DNA from: Naegleria gruberi
Taxonomy: Eukaryota
Direction: 5' to 3' (one strand)
Assembly: GCA_000004985.1 (NCBI GenBank)
Contig: GG738931.1
DNA length: 64,000 nt
Position numbers and translations under genes: made by a program. Under the pieces are notes generated by a model. It did no database searches and was not told the DNA's origin. It saw nothing but the letters and a program-made list of their open reading frames with translations. Shown here piece by piece: positions 21,739 to 33,003 of this stretch (its first letter is position 1; every line of letters begins with the position of its first letter).

Positions 21739-23264
21739 TTTTTTTTAAATAAAATTACAAAAAATTTAATTAATTGGAAATTTAATAATTGCAACAAATA
21801 TATTAATGCATTTGTTCCAGGCAATTATATTCGAATAAAATTTATGCGAATAAATTTCATACTAAATAAATTCGCATGGTTTGGTAATGCGAAATTCATT
21901 CTTATGGTCATAACTTCCATAAATAAAGGATATGTTGAGCAAAGGTGTTTATCATTCTCCTTTTCCAATATTTGAGGAACAACCAATAAGACCAAAACCA
22001 TCGTGAAAAGTCATATTTTATATGGTGTTAAAGATTAGACTCTTTCTTCCTGATTTCAATTCAGGGAGTGTCCAAAATTTGTACAACATTTCCAAACAAT
22101 CATGATATCAATCCCTCCTCATATCATGAAGTGAGAAATCATATTTATATGAAGAATAACCTCAGAATAATTTGCAAGATTTCAAAAACCTAAATACACA
22201 AAAACACAATAAAACATGATTAGAGAATCAACAATGGATTATTTACATGTAACTTGTCTAGTTTACATCAACAAATATGGTGTAGGTGATATGAAATTTA
22301 ATTAAAAACAGAAAAATCAAAATCTTCATGATTTCAACGAAACAAGACGAAACAATTGATATAGTACATCTACAATAGTACAAATAAAAGTTTATTAATG
22401 TTTCAAGATGATTGGCTGTGTACTTTTGGCATGAATCATGATTGGTGACCATGAATAACCCGAAGTTGACAAAAACACAAAATGATGAAAAACTTATAAT
22501 AAATATATTGTTTATTATGTATTTGAATAGTAGTGATGAAAGACATTTTCCAAGTTGGTGAAGTACATGTTGAGATATAGTCTATGTACATGTGAAAATA
22601 TACATGTACCTAACATCATGATAACCAATAGGGAAATGTTCGGAAGTTATTTTACCTGATGGAATCGACCATGCTGAACAATACTAGATTGAAAGTTTTC
22701 CAAATTATCATGTGCATCTGGCAGTGATGATGATTTTAGTGAAAATATTCAATTTCACTAAAATATTACTATTATCAGATTTATTTCCGCAAATATTACT
22801 ATTATAATGATGATAAATAACAATGATGATGGTTGGTAGTTGTTTCGATGATGATGTACCAACTTGAATTTTTCCAAATAATAAAATTATTTCCAAATCA
22901 TGATGAAGAATTAAATTCCAAAAATTACTATTAATACTGTTATTTAAATCATGATGAGATGATGTGGTGAAATTCTTGGAGTTAATAGATGTGAAATCAC
23001 TCCAAGAATCAACAGAGTCGTGATGTACCTGATGTTGTTTCAATATTTTTGAAATATTTTTCAAAGTTCTTACAACTACGAATCGGTGTGTCCAAAGATA
23101 TTTTTTGCATGTAAGAATGATGCGACCGAATATTACTGAATAATTTTTTATACGGGTTTATTTCGTATATAACAGCATTATTATCAAGATCTGTTTCTTA
23201 CAGATAATAAAACCTTAATGCATTCGGTGTCCGAATTTTGCCTCTTAATAATGGAGAGAAAAAA

Positions 23265-25217
23265 ATGAAAACAAATCAACAACGAAGGAAGCCTTCGATT
23301 TTCTACGATACAATTTTTTTATTATCGGATGGCTATTTTTTTATTGATCAAGTGCTTCCGTTCTTCTGCTTTGCAGATTTTGAAAATTTATTTCTCACGT
23401 GTAGGGAGGTGGCACGATTGGTGAGCAAACAGCACCATGTTCGGTATTTGGTTAGAGTTAATGAACAGGCATTTAAGTGTCATCAACGATGGAGTGATTT
23501 TAATAATCATCATCAATATAGGAAAAGGGAATTTCCATCGTTGTTGCATTTTGCGGATGGGATAAAGATTTATCTGGAAGTAGTTGGAGGATTAGTGGAT
23601 AAAGTTATTGAATATTGTGGAAAGAGTAACAAGTCATTGAGTATTTGTTATAGAAACAACTATTATTCGAACCATGCCGAGTTGATGAAAAAGCTTGATA
23701 GCCCATCATTCAATAGGGTTAATACTTTTGGATTGTTACAGGCTGATATCGATAGTTATGAACCATTCTTAAAATTGTTTGCAGGGAAGAATGTGAAGAA
23801 GATTGAACTTTCAGCAGGATATTTCAGGAATGATTTCATTTCTATCACAAAACCAATTCTTGAAAAGATTAATTTTGGAGAGGTGCATTTTTCCATTTCC
23901 GGCTTTTATTACTCTATCGCTAGTTTGGCTGAAACCTTATCTAAAATGGATGTGAATGATAGAAATAAGATTAGGATTACAATAGGCAATGGTTGTACTA
24001 TTACTGGAAGTGATTATAGTTCCCTGAAGAACTTGGCGAATTTATTTCAATTTCAAACAATCACTATTTCAGACCCACCTCTAGTATCTCATCTTGTTGA
24101 TTGTAATTTTAGTTTGTTTGCGAATTCTTATAATGTAGAGGCAAAATCACTTACAAATATTGAAGATGTTGCTTTTCCCAAATTCTCAAACAACAAACCA
24201 CCTAGTTTTGAAATGAAGTATATTGAATTATCACTCACACCTACGAATGTTAATAACTTTCATGTATTGCACACAACAAAATATTTAACCTTATTAACCA
24301 TGAATAATTGCTCTATTGAGTTTTCTAATATAGAAAAACTAGAGTTGAATCTACTTCAATCTTTGAAATTGAATAAGTGCTCATTTATGAAAAATGGCAT
24401 AGAATCTAATATTGAATTTATTGAATGGATAGATACGGAAAGGCTTATAAATTTAACATGTGAATTCCTCAAGTTGAAAAAGATTCCTAATATCAAGTCA
24501 AAAGCACTTCACAATTTGAAAATTAGCAATAATGAAATCGAAACTATTGACCTGGAAACTTTGAATAGTCATAAATATTTGGCCTATCTGGATTTGAGAC
24601 ACAACAAATTGAGTGATCCAGATAATATTAACATGATTGTTGGAAAATATAGTCAATTGGATTTGGAAGGTAATCCAGCTTTAAATAATGTGATGATTGA
24701 CAAGAAGAAATTAGAGGTTATTACTGATTTCAAATACAATACCAATAGAGGAAGTAAGGTTATCACAAGACCTCTATTTTCAGGAACAGACACGGAGATT
24801 TTCAAATCATTCAAATCAGCTCTGAAAAGAAACAAGAACACTTTGCCTCCATTCAACAGCAAGGAGGACCTGATACAAGTAATAGAAAATCCAAAAAAGC
24901 TCACTAGCATTGAAAATACGAATGTAATATTCTGGAACAATAATTATAGCAACAACCAGAAATCATTTTCTTGTGATGGAAATTTAACTCGTGTTGGAAA
25001 AATTTCTTCACACTTTTGTCAGATTGCAATTCATCTCAATTCAAAATTACAACATCAATATGGTATGAAGTGGCTGCTATTTGGATTTAATGAATTCAAC
25101 GTAGAGCCATTGGATAATGAAAAAGTAATGTCTCAACTTTCGTATATTGTTCATGAGTGGTCCTTCATGTCTTCACACATTGAATTTGTTCGGGAATTGA
25201 GAAGAACATATCCATAG
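23265..25217 (+). CDS. leucine-rich-repeat-containing hypothetical protein
   Basis: The track start at 23238 is TTG; the first ATG is at about 23265 (MKTNQQRRK). LRR-like segments include LHNLKISNNEIETIDLETLNSHKYLAYLDLRHNKLSD and LELNLLQSLKLNKCSF. Confidence 0.6.
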   Translation: MKTNQQRRKPSIFYDTIFLLSDGYFFIDQVLPFFCFADFENLFLTCREVARLVSKQHHVRYLVRVNEQAFKCHQRWSDFNNHHQYRKREFPSLLHFADGIKIYLEVVGGLVDKVIEYCGKSNKSLSICYRNNYYSNHAELMKKLDSPSFNRVNTFGLLQADIDSYEPFLKLFAGKNVKKIELSAGYFRNDFISITKPILEKINFGEVHFSISGFYYSIASLAETLSKMDVNDRNKIRITIGNGCTITGSDYSSLKNLANLFQFQTITISDPPLVSHLVDCNFSLFANSYNVEAKSLTNIEDVAFPKFSNNKPPSFEMKYIELSLTPTNVNNFHVLHTTKYLTLLTMNNCSIEFSNIEKLELNLLQSLKLNKCSFMKNGIESNIEFIEWIDTERLINLTCEFLKLKKIPNIKSKALHNLKISNNEIETIDLETLNSHKYLAYLDLRHNKLSDPDNINMIVGKYSQLDLEGNPALNNVMIDKKKLEVITDFKYNTNRGSKVITRPLFSGTDTEIFKSFKSALKRNKNTLPPFNSKEDLIQVIENPKKLTSIENTNVIFWNNNYSNNQKSFSCDGNLTRVGKISSHFCQIAIHLNSKLQHQYGMKWLLFGFNEFNVEPLDNEKVMSQLSYIVHEWSFMSSHIEFVRELRRTYP

Positions 25218-25234
25218 AGATATAATTACAGATT

Positions 25235-27766
25235 TTATAATTCGAACTGTGATGATTGAGAAGGAAGATTTCCCTGTTGTTTTCTATTCAATACAAACAT
25301 TACAATAGACACAATCAATGCAATCATACACAAACACATTAGAAGGAAGAAAGTTGGAACTAGAATTGCAATTAAAATGACTGATAAATCTCCAGTACTG
25401 ACCGTTGAAGAAGCTGAACGATTTGTGAGAGCTGATCTCTGGACAGCAACAGAGGAAATGTAGGAAGTAGAACAGATTATTTGATTAGAGGTGGAAAAGG
25501 ATGAGGTAACTAATTGATTCGTCCAACTATTCGAATCATAATCAAATCTCAAACAAGTATAATTATAATTGGAAACATCAAAAATCAAACCACTGAAATA
25601 ATACTTGATTTGCTTAGATAACTGAATATGAATCAACTCTGATTTGGCATTCTGAATCATGAAATTAGTAACATTCGAATAAAATTGCTCATTCGACCGA
25701 GTTGAAGAAGTGCTGAAATAAAAACTATTGGACGATAAATTCAATCCAAAAGTAGAACCATCCTCAACGTAAATCAATTGCTTTTCATTTGCCAAACTCA
25801 GAACCAAATATTCCCAAGTATTTGATGACATCTTTACAAAGGTTTCAGTTTCAGAGCCAGTGGAACATGTCAATTCGTTGCTGTCACTGTCTAAATCCAT
25901 CAAACATTCAATAATGGAACAATCGAGATATTTCCAATGAGTATTGCATGAACAAGTGTTATTGGAAATGCAAGTTCCATGATTACTGCAATTACTCAAT
26001 GCATCACATGAAATTGTTGAACATTGAGAATTACCTTTCCAACCAGAATTACATTCGCATGAATTATTCGAAACACAACTTCCATGACCTGAACATTCGT
26101 TTAAGGCATCACATGAAATTTGAGAACATTGAGAGTTTCCTCTCCATCCTGAATGACAGCTACAAGTATTATTCGAAACGCAATCACCATGATGAGAACA
26201 ATTATTAAGAATTTCACATGTGAAAAGTGAACATTGAGAATTTCCCTTCCAACCAACTTGACATTCACACGTATTATTCGAAACACAATTTCCATTACCA
26301 TAACAATCATTCAAAGCATCACAGCTAATCACAGAACATTGAGCATTTCCTTTGAATCCACTTTCACATGAACATGAATTATTCGAAACACATTGACCAT
26401 GACCTGAACAATTGTTTAAAGTTTCACAAGTAAAGTTTGAGCATTCAGAATTACCAAGCCAACCATTGTTGCATTCGCATGTATTATTCGAAACACAATG
26501 TCCATTTCCATTACATTCGTTTAAAACTTCACAAGAAAAGGAAGAACAAGAAGAATCTGATTTCCAACCTGATTCGCATGAACAGGTATTATTTGAAATG
26601 CATGAACCGTGACCTGAACAGTGATTCAAAGAATCGCAACTAATAGCTGAACAATGAGAATTACCTTTCCAGCCAGAATTACATTCGCATGAATTATTCG
26701 AAACACATTGTCCATGATTATTGCAATGATTTAAAGCTTCACAACTAAATAAGGAACAATTAGAATCTCCTTTCCATCCTGAATAACACATACAAGTATT
26801 ATTCGAAACGCATGAGCCATGACCATTACAATTATCAACTAGCTCACAAGACGGAGTTTTACAATTTTCACCATGCCAATAATCATCACATTGACATGTA
26901 TTATTCGAAACACATTGTCCATGTCCAGAACAATAATTCACGCCATCACATGAAAATTGAGAACAGTTGACATTTCCTTTCCATCCAGATTGACAGGAAC
27001 AAGTATTTGCTGATATACAACTTCCATGATCTAAACTGCAATTATCTCTGGAAATGCAATTAAAAAATTGACACTTGTTTCCATGATAACCATCAGAACA
27101 GACACAATTATTTGGAGATGGACATGAGCCATGACCAGAACAAACTAAACTAGAGGTGGACAATACATTATAACATAATGGAGTGGTGCAGTTTAGTCCT
27201 TCCCATAAATAGGTATTCGAAAGTCCAGCTGTCCAAGTGTGGGTTTCCCAACAAACTTCCTCTTGAGCTCCGTAGAGAACTAAATTACCATCATTTTGTA
27301 AAACTAATCTAAAAGGAGCTGTTCCAGAACCACAACTACTTGCTAATCCTAACAGATTAGTACTCCCACCATTTCCTTTTATGGACAAGGAACCATCTGT
27401 GGCCAAAGCCAAGACATATGGTCCACTTCCACCTGTAGCAGTATAGGATTTCTTCTCCTCAGCTGTAATAGAATTCATAAGAGACAAGACACCACTCGAT
27501 TTCATGGCCAAAGTAAAGGTTCCATCTGTGGACACGAGAGATTCTCCCTGAACTAAAGTTTGTCTTCTGTCAGCTGTCCAAGCAGAGTAGATGGAGTTTT
27601 GATAGACACTATCGACACAATAGCAAGTACCATAGTTACAGACTCCATGACTACCACACGAATCTTGTTCAGTTGCGAGAATGCCATTACAAGTGGACAC
27701 AGCCAAAGTTGTGCTTGCCAATGAAAGCAAGTTGACCAGAAGAAGAAGAGAAATTAAAAGCTTCAT
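25235..27766 (-). CDS. type-I membrane protein with a signal peptide, a bulb-type (mannose-binding) lectin-like domain, about 14 tandem EGF-like modules and a C-terminal TM
   Basis: Signal peptide MKLLISLLLLVNLLSLASTTLA. B-lectin-like motif ...VLQNDGNLVLYGAQ.... Repeated module CSGHGQCVSNNTC.C.SGWKGN..CS..SC..LN.C..HG. TM helix LSVILIAILVPTFFLLMCLCMIALIVSIVMFVL. Confidence 0.8.
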   Translation of the reverse strand: MKLLISLLLLVNLLSLASTTLAVSTCNGILATEQDSCGSHGVCNYGTCYCVDSVYQNSIYSAWTADRRQTLVQGESLVSTDGTFTLAMKSSGVLSLMNSITAEEKKSYTATGGSGPYVLALATDGSLSIKGNGGSTNLLGLASSCGSGTAPFRLVLQNDGNLVLYGAQEEVCWETHTWTAGLSNTYLWEGLNCTTPLCYNVLSTSSLVCSGHGSCPSPNNCVCSDGYHGNKCQFFNCISRDNCSLDHGSCISANTCSCQSGWKGNVNCSQFSCDGVNYCSGHGQCVSNNTCQCDDYWHGENCKTPSCELVDNCNGHGSCVSNNTCMCYSGWKGDSNCSLFSCEALNHCNNHGQCVSNNSCECNSGWKGNSHCSAISCDSLNHCSGHGSCISNNTCSCESGWKSDSSCSSFSCEVLNECNGNGHCVSNNTCECNNGWLGNSECSNFTCETLNNCSGHGQCVSNNSCSCESGFKGNAQCSVISCDALNDCYGNGNCVSNNTCECQVGWKGNSQCSLFTCEILNNCSHHGDCVSNNTCSCHSGWRGNSQCSQISCDALNECSGHGSCVSNNSCECNSGWKGNSQCSTISCDALSNCSNHGTCISNNTCSCNTHWKYLDCSIIECLMDLDSDSNELTCSTGSETETFVKMSSNTWEYLVLSLANEKQLIYVEDGSTFGLNLSSNSFYFSTSSTRSNEQFYSNVTNFMIQNAKSELIHIQLSKQIKYYFSGLIFDVSNYNYTCLRFDYDSNSWTNQLVTSSFSTSNQIICSTSYISSVAVQRSALTNRSASSTVSTGDLSVILIAILVPTFFLLMCLCMIALIVSIVMFVLNRKQQGNLPSQSSQFEL
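25950..27150 (-). repeat. tandem array of about 100-105 bp coding repeat units (EGF-like modules) inside the lectin-EGF gene
   Basis: Recurring ...gaaacacaa/gtccatgacctgaaca... units, visible as near-identical protein modules (CVSNN[ST]C[ES]C.SGWKGNSQCS). Confidence 0.5.
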
Positions 27767-28757
27767 GTCTATTTTTTTTAATTGAATGTTGTTAGTGAGG
27801 TGAGCTGGTTAAATAGTTTTATGTCCAAGGAATGTGGAATGTTGTGAAAGGATGTTATCTTGTCAGCTGTCTTCAGTTTTGATTCATGAAATTGCAGGAA
27901 AGAAGAAGGTTCTTTCATTGACACAGAGTTCAGTAACAGTTATTTCATGAAACGTTCAAGATTCTATTTCACCTTCCTTATTACTCACAATCAACCAACC
28001 AAACTTGAGTTTCTATTAGATTGCCAAAACTTTTTATTAGATTACATTGTTGCTGATTTAGAAGAATAAGGAATAGTATTCTCTTGAACAAAATGGTAGC
28101 ACCTTGATCCATAATGAATTAGCAGTAGTCCTACAATTGGTTTCAGAATTCTACCGAATTGAAGAAGGAAAAGGGGCAAATTACGAAATTTACATTTTCG
28201 GATTTTAATTTCATGTTCTTTACAACATATAGTTTTGATTTCAACGGTATAAATACAAGACTTTATTTCAATAAAAAATAAAGAACATAATTGTTCAGAT
28301 TCTACACATTTAATCCGAGCGTGATAATTTTAATAAGCATAAACATGATGTCAATATTTATTAAGCTCAAAAAAAATGTCGACCAACAAACAAGAAACCA
28401 TCACGTGGATTCAATATTCAAAAGTAACGGAAAGATGCTGATTTTTGGTGCCTTAAATGAAGAACAGCACGAGGAAGACGAACAGTTAATGGAATTTGCC
28501 TAGGAAAACATTCAATACTTAAGATCAAATTTCGTTGTGTGACTCAAAAACCATGAGAAGCAACAACTTGATAAAAGATTAGTACTTCACTTGTTGCACA
28601 ATGATTTCTTCTCTTCAGATTGTAATAGAATCTGATACAGAATAGAATTCATAAAGGTTCTTTGGTGAATACGCAGAGTTCAGATGCTGAACCCAAACTT
28701 CCATAAAACATTGCTAATTCATTGGTACAACTTTTTATTAGAAATTGTAGTACAGAT

Positions 28758-29249
28758 TTAGAAGAACAAGGCAACAAGGATAGATAGAATGAACAAAATT
28801 GCAGCTCCTTGATTCAATGAATTAGCAGCACTCCAACAATTGGTTTCAGGATAGGCAGTACAATCAAGTAAGTTTGCTAAAGTTGGACAAACAGCTTTCA
28901 TCTCCAAACAAGCAGATTTACAGACTGAAACTTCATATTGGCCTTGAGAATATGTAACATAACCTTGATTCTTTGGATCACAAATGGCACAACTTTTTTT
29001 GGTAATTTTTGCAGTACATTCTGGGGAAAGACCTCCTAAAACATTGCTAACGGCGATTTGAGAAGTAATTAATGCATCCATTGTAGCGTCACAACAAGAA
29101 ACACCTGAACCAACACCAGTACATGTCTTACAACCAGTACAAGCAGTAGCTTGGAAAGGAATTGCAGTGTTGTTGCATGTTTGAGCATTTGCAAAACAGG
29201 AGAGAATCAAGATGAGGACAAATCCACACAAAATGGTATGTTTGAACAT
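28758..29249 (-). CDS. small secreted Cys-rich protein with a C-terminal hydrophobic tail (candidate GPI anchor), ponticulin-like
   Basis: Signal peptide MFKHTILCGFVLILILSCFANA. About 16 Cys in about 120 residues. C-terminal ...NSLNQGAAILFILSILVALFF, a typical GPI attachment signal. Size and composition resemble the dictyostelid ponticulin-like family. Confidence 0.45.
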   Translation of the reverse strand: MFKHTILCGFVLILILSCFANAQTCNNTAIPFQATACTGCKTCTGVGSGVSCCDATMDALITSQIAVSNVLGGLSPECTAKITKKSCAICDPKNQGYVTYSQGQYEVSVCKSACLEMKAVCPTLANLLDCTAYPETNCWSAANSLNQGAAILFILSILVALFF

Positions 29250-29540
29250 TTTTGCTATTAAGGTTATTTGTTTTGTTTTTTTTGTGTGAAAATATTAAGA
29301 TGTGCAAACTTGTCCAATTTGAAGTGTTGGTGTTGGTAAAAACTTTTCATTGTAAAATATTACTGCCCCGTAAACAAGTTTTTAACCCTGAATTGTGCAA
29401 ATCCAACTGTGTGTGGGGATGAAGCTTCAACTTTAGATTCATATTAGGAACTCAAAAATGGAAATGTACATTTGATCATCTCTTTATTTGTCGATGATCT
29501 TTGAAAAATGCAAACATTGTGCAGCATCACCTTGTGTGTG

Positions 29541-29936
29541 TTAAAAGGATATCGAAGAATCATCGTGTACGGAGGAGGACGTTGAGGCAGAGCTGATTTT
29601 TCTTTGTGTATTTGTTGTCACACTTGTTGTACCACTCTGTTCATAGTATTGGACCTTTGATTGTTGTGGGGATGGCTTGGAAGAATGGTGAAGCTTCCTC
29701 TTCTTCTTCTTCTTCATAAGGCAACAACACAAATGCTTGGTGTAGAAAATCTTAATAAAACTAGTATCACTGAGGAAGTAAAATCTGTTGCAATGTGAGA
29801 GAATGATGAAAATGTGAGTGATGGACCAAGGATAAACAGACATGAAACGATCTCCAATATTATTGAAGGTAGTGAGGAAATAAGGATAGGAAATTATAAA
29901 ATACACTGTATAGCATGTAAAATACAAGTAGGTCAA
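29541..29936 (-). CDS. possible terminal exon or separate small ORF downstream of the 29973 gene (uncertain)
   Basis: A 131-aa ORF with hydrophobic stretches and a K-rich and S/T-rich tail. It lies on the same strand immediately 3' of the large membrane-protein ORF. It cannot be joined with confidence. Confidence 0.2.
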   Translation of the reverse strand: MTYLYFTCYTVYFIISYPYFLTTFNNIGDRFMSVYPWSITHIFIILSHCNRFYFLSDTSFIKIFYTKHLCCCLMKKKKKRKLHHSSKPSPQQSKVQYYEQSGTTSVTTNTQRKISSASTSSSVHDDSSISF

Positions 29937-29972
29937 GCTTTCAAAGAGTAAATACTTTGTAAACTGATAGAG

Positions 29973-32506
29973 TTATTTCACAATTATTGTATCATTTAAA
30001 AAACAAACCTTGAATTGGAAGAATCTAATCTCGTTATTATTCTTCAACACTCTAAAATAAACCTTAATTCCATATCCAACCAATAGAGGGAAACAAATGA
30101 TAAAGTACAAGAACAGGACAACCAACATGATATATCTGGCCAATAGAACACTTGAATATCCACTCACAAAAATCACAGTCAGCATGTATCCAATAAATAA
30201 CATTATTGTTGATGTGAAAACAACAATAGAAAGAGCCTTAATGTGACGACCAGAATGAGAAGTTGGATCTTGGCTGTCAATCTTTCTCAAAACAACCAAC
30301 CACTGGAAGACAATTGGAATCAATCCCATCAAGGAGAGAACACAAGTTATAGAAATGAGTACCAATCTAGCATCATAGGGAAGGGATGGAATCAAACTCA
30401 AGAAACCTGCAATTAAATTTGTAATGGAAATAATTGTTGCAATAATTCTAAAGTCAAATACAGATTTGGCAAGTGATTTAAATACTCTCTTCCAATTGGT
30501 CTTTCTCCTCTTTGGAGTACCTAGGTTGAGGAGGGGTGTATCAATCTCTGGTGTGTTTTTTTCAGTCTTTTCAGTTTCATATTTGTAATATGAACTAGTA
30601 ATAGTGTCCTCACTGTCAGAACTTTGATCGAGTATTGGGAGTACAGAAGGAGAGTTGGATCTGGAACGTTGTTTGAATGATTTCTTAGGTGTAGTTTCAC
30701 TGATCAATTTGAAAGAATAGGAATTCTCATCAAAGGTCAACTTGGCTTGCAAATCTTGTGTTGAGCTGGTATCGGTGGTAATTCTCGCTAAAGATGAACG
30801 TGTTCCCAATCTAACATGCTTGTACAGTAATGGAATTAACACAATGGCAATGATGAGCAAGAGCTGAATCAAATAGAGTCCAATAAACATTCCTCTAATT
30901 CCATTCTGGAAGTCGTTAGTATAGTACAAATCACTCCACTCATCACACTTGGAAGAAAAACTTGAACTCGAATAACAATAACAAACTCTGTAAGGGAAAT
31001 AGTAGAGTAAGCGAGGATCATTCAGAGAAGAATAGGTCATGGTATTGAGGAGAGGAAGAGAATATCCCTTCTGTCCACAAATATCCTGATCTGTTTCTAA
31101 TCCCAACAAGTCACTCTTCATAGCAGCAGTGGTCATGTTTGTTGAACTGTCCTTACTGGAGGCAGAAGCAGATTTCAAAGCATTCATACTAAATGGCAAA
31201 GTACACTGTCCCTCTTCTCTCTCCTTCTTGAACAACTCAAATGAGGGATTTCCCACCTTACAATAATGACAATAATTATATAATCTAGTGAGTTGTGAAA
31301 TTGTCATTGTAATCCAACCAGTTGTTGGCTCTTCTTCTTCTTCATAATAATTACTTCCAGAAATCTCACTTGAATTTTCCAATGTCAATTTTATGGAGAA
31401 TTGTGTAGTGACGACACTTGGAAAGAATGAATTTTCACTCAAAGACCTGGACAAATTACTGAAAATCTCCTGAATGATCAATCGATTAGAAGAGTCTTTC
31501 GGATTGCAAAAGAATTGGGAACACATGGTTGGTATTTGTGAGAGAGCAACTCCAATTTCTTGTTCTTGTTGTTGATTTGTTGTTGCTAATGTACCTTGTT
31601 GATCCAACCACTTTTGGACTTGATAGCAATAACTAGTTTGATTATTAGGAATTAAAACATGCTGCTGATCATCTCGATCAATAGAAGATGTTGTTATTAT
31701 AGTTTCTTCGGATGTTGATTCCATAGAATTTACATCATGATAATTGTTTTGATTAATATTATTAATATTGTTGTGATTATTAAATAATTTAGAAGTGGAA
31801 GTAGAGGAAAGAGGATAGAGAATTGGTGGATAGGAAGTTCCATAAACAGCATCAGTTCCTCCAGTTAATCTGATGGTGAAGGTGGAGAAGGGAGAATGTT
31901 CAAGAGGAAGTGAATTACAACTTTCCAAATTCTTATTATTGTTATTATTACTATTGGAAAAGTAGGAACAATCCAAGCCTGTTGGAAATTCTTGTTGATC
32001 ATCATGAGGCTGAGAGAGTATTGAATTCTTATTGTTGAATAAGTTATTGTAGGATGAAGATAATTTAGAATACATTGATGACTGTTGAAGATATGATACA
32101 AATCTAGATGATGGTGATGGAGAGGATGAACACTCGACCATAAAGTAGCTACTCGATGAATTAATTGTTGTTAATAGTAATATTAATATTGATGAAAGAA
32201 GTAATAATACAAGTTTTGATGATGATGAAGAAGACTGTGATTTTCGCAAAGAAGGCAATAAGATAGTACTACTACACAATGATGATACACCAAACATCAT
32301 GATGACCTTTCCTATCAAATTGGCCATATATTCAGCATCATCATGATGTCTATTCCCAAATTGTTCACGGATCACATCATTCTTTACTTCATCTTTATAA
32401 AAACACAATCTTCTCCCCACACGATCAGCATCCTCATCTACATCTTCCATTCTACTACTACTACTTGTTCTTCTTATTGTATGATCAGTGCAATGATCGA
32501 CATTCA
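29973..32506 (-). CDS. large hypothetical membrane protein with S-rich/N-rich low-complexity N-terminal half and multi-pass TM C-terminal half
   Basis: The track start at 32519 is TTG; the first ATG is at about 32504-32506 (MNVDHCTDH). The C-terminus carries at least 6 hydrophobic helices (IGLYLIQLLLIIAIVLIPLLY; IIATIISITNLIAGFLSLIP; LVLISITCVLSLMGLIPIVFQWLVVL; ALSIVVFTSTIMLFIGYMLTVIFV; YIMLVVLFLYFIICFPLLVGYGI). Confidence 0.55.
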
Positions 32507-33003
32507 TTCCAATCTTCAATTTTTTTGATTATTCGCTTTGCTTTTTTCATCCATCAGCAACAAGCTGGGTTCTTCAAAGTGGATTCTTGTTGTGTGTGCT
32601 AATTCTGATGTCATTGTTATTGTCTTGATCTATTGGAGAAGTGCAATGAGCAGTTCGTTTGTTTGGTACAATTATTTATTGTTTAGCGCTTGTGGTGAAA
32701 TGATGCGCATTGTAATGGCTGGCTCTGTTTATTGATAGTGAACAGATAATGTGTTCTCTAAAGATCAATTAATTTACATGGTAGTCACGATAGAGAGATC
32801 AGATTGTGAAATAACCATCTACAACTGTTTCCTTTATCCAGGTTTATCCAGGGTAACAGGTTGGTTGGATCCATTGGAGAAGACGTTTTCCTCAGGGTTA
32901 CCCTTCTCCTTTAAGCTCTTAATGACCGTTTCTCACTTCTTCATCTTGTTTTATTTTTTTTGAAATTGTTTAACGGTTACTTTCGGAGCGAATTGAAGGA
33001 CCA

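Noticed and set aside
22708-23064. 118-aa ORF in the 21.7-23.2 kb intergenic region.
   Set aside because: It is entirely low-complexity (H/N/S/I runs from AT-rich DNA), has no ATG context, and sits in what looks like a promoter-rich intergenic region for the two divergent flanking genes.
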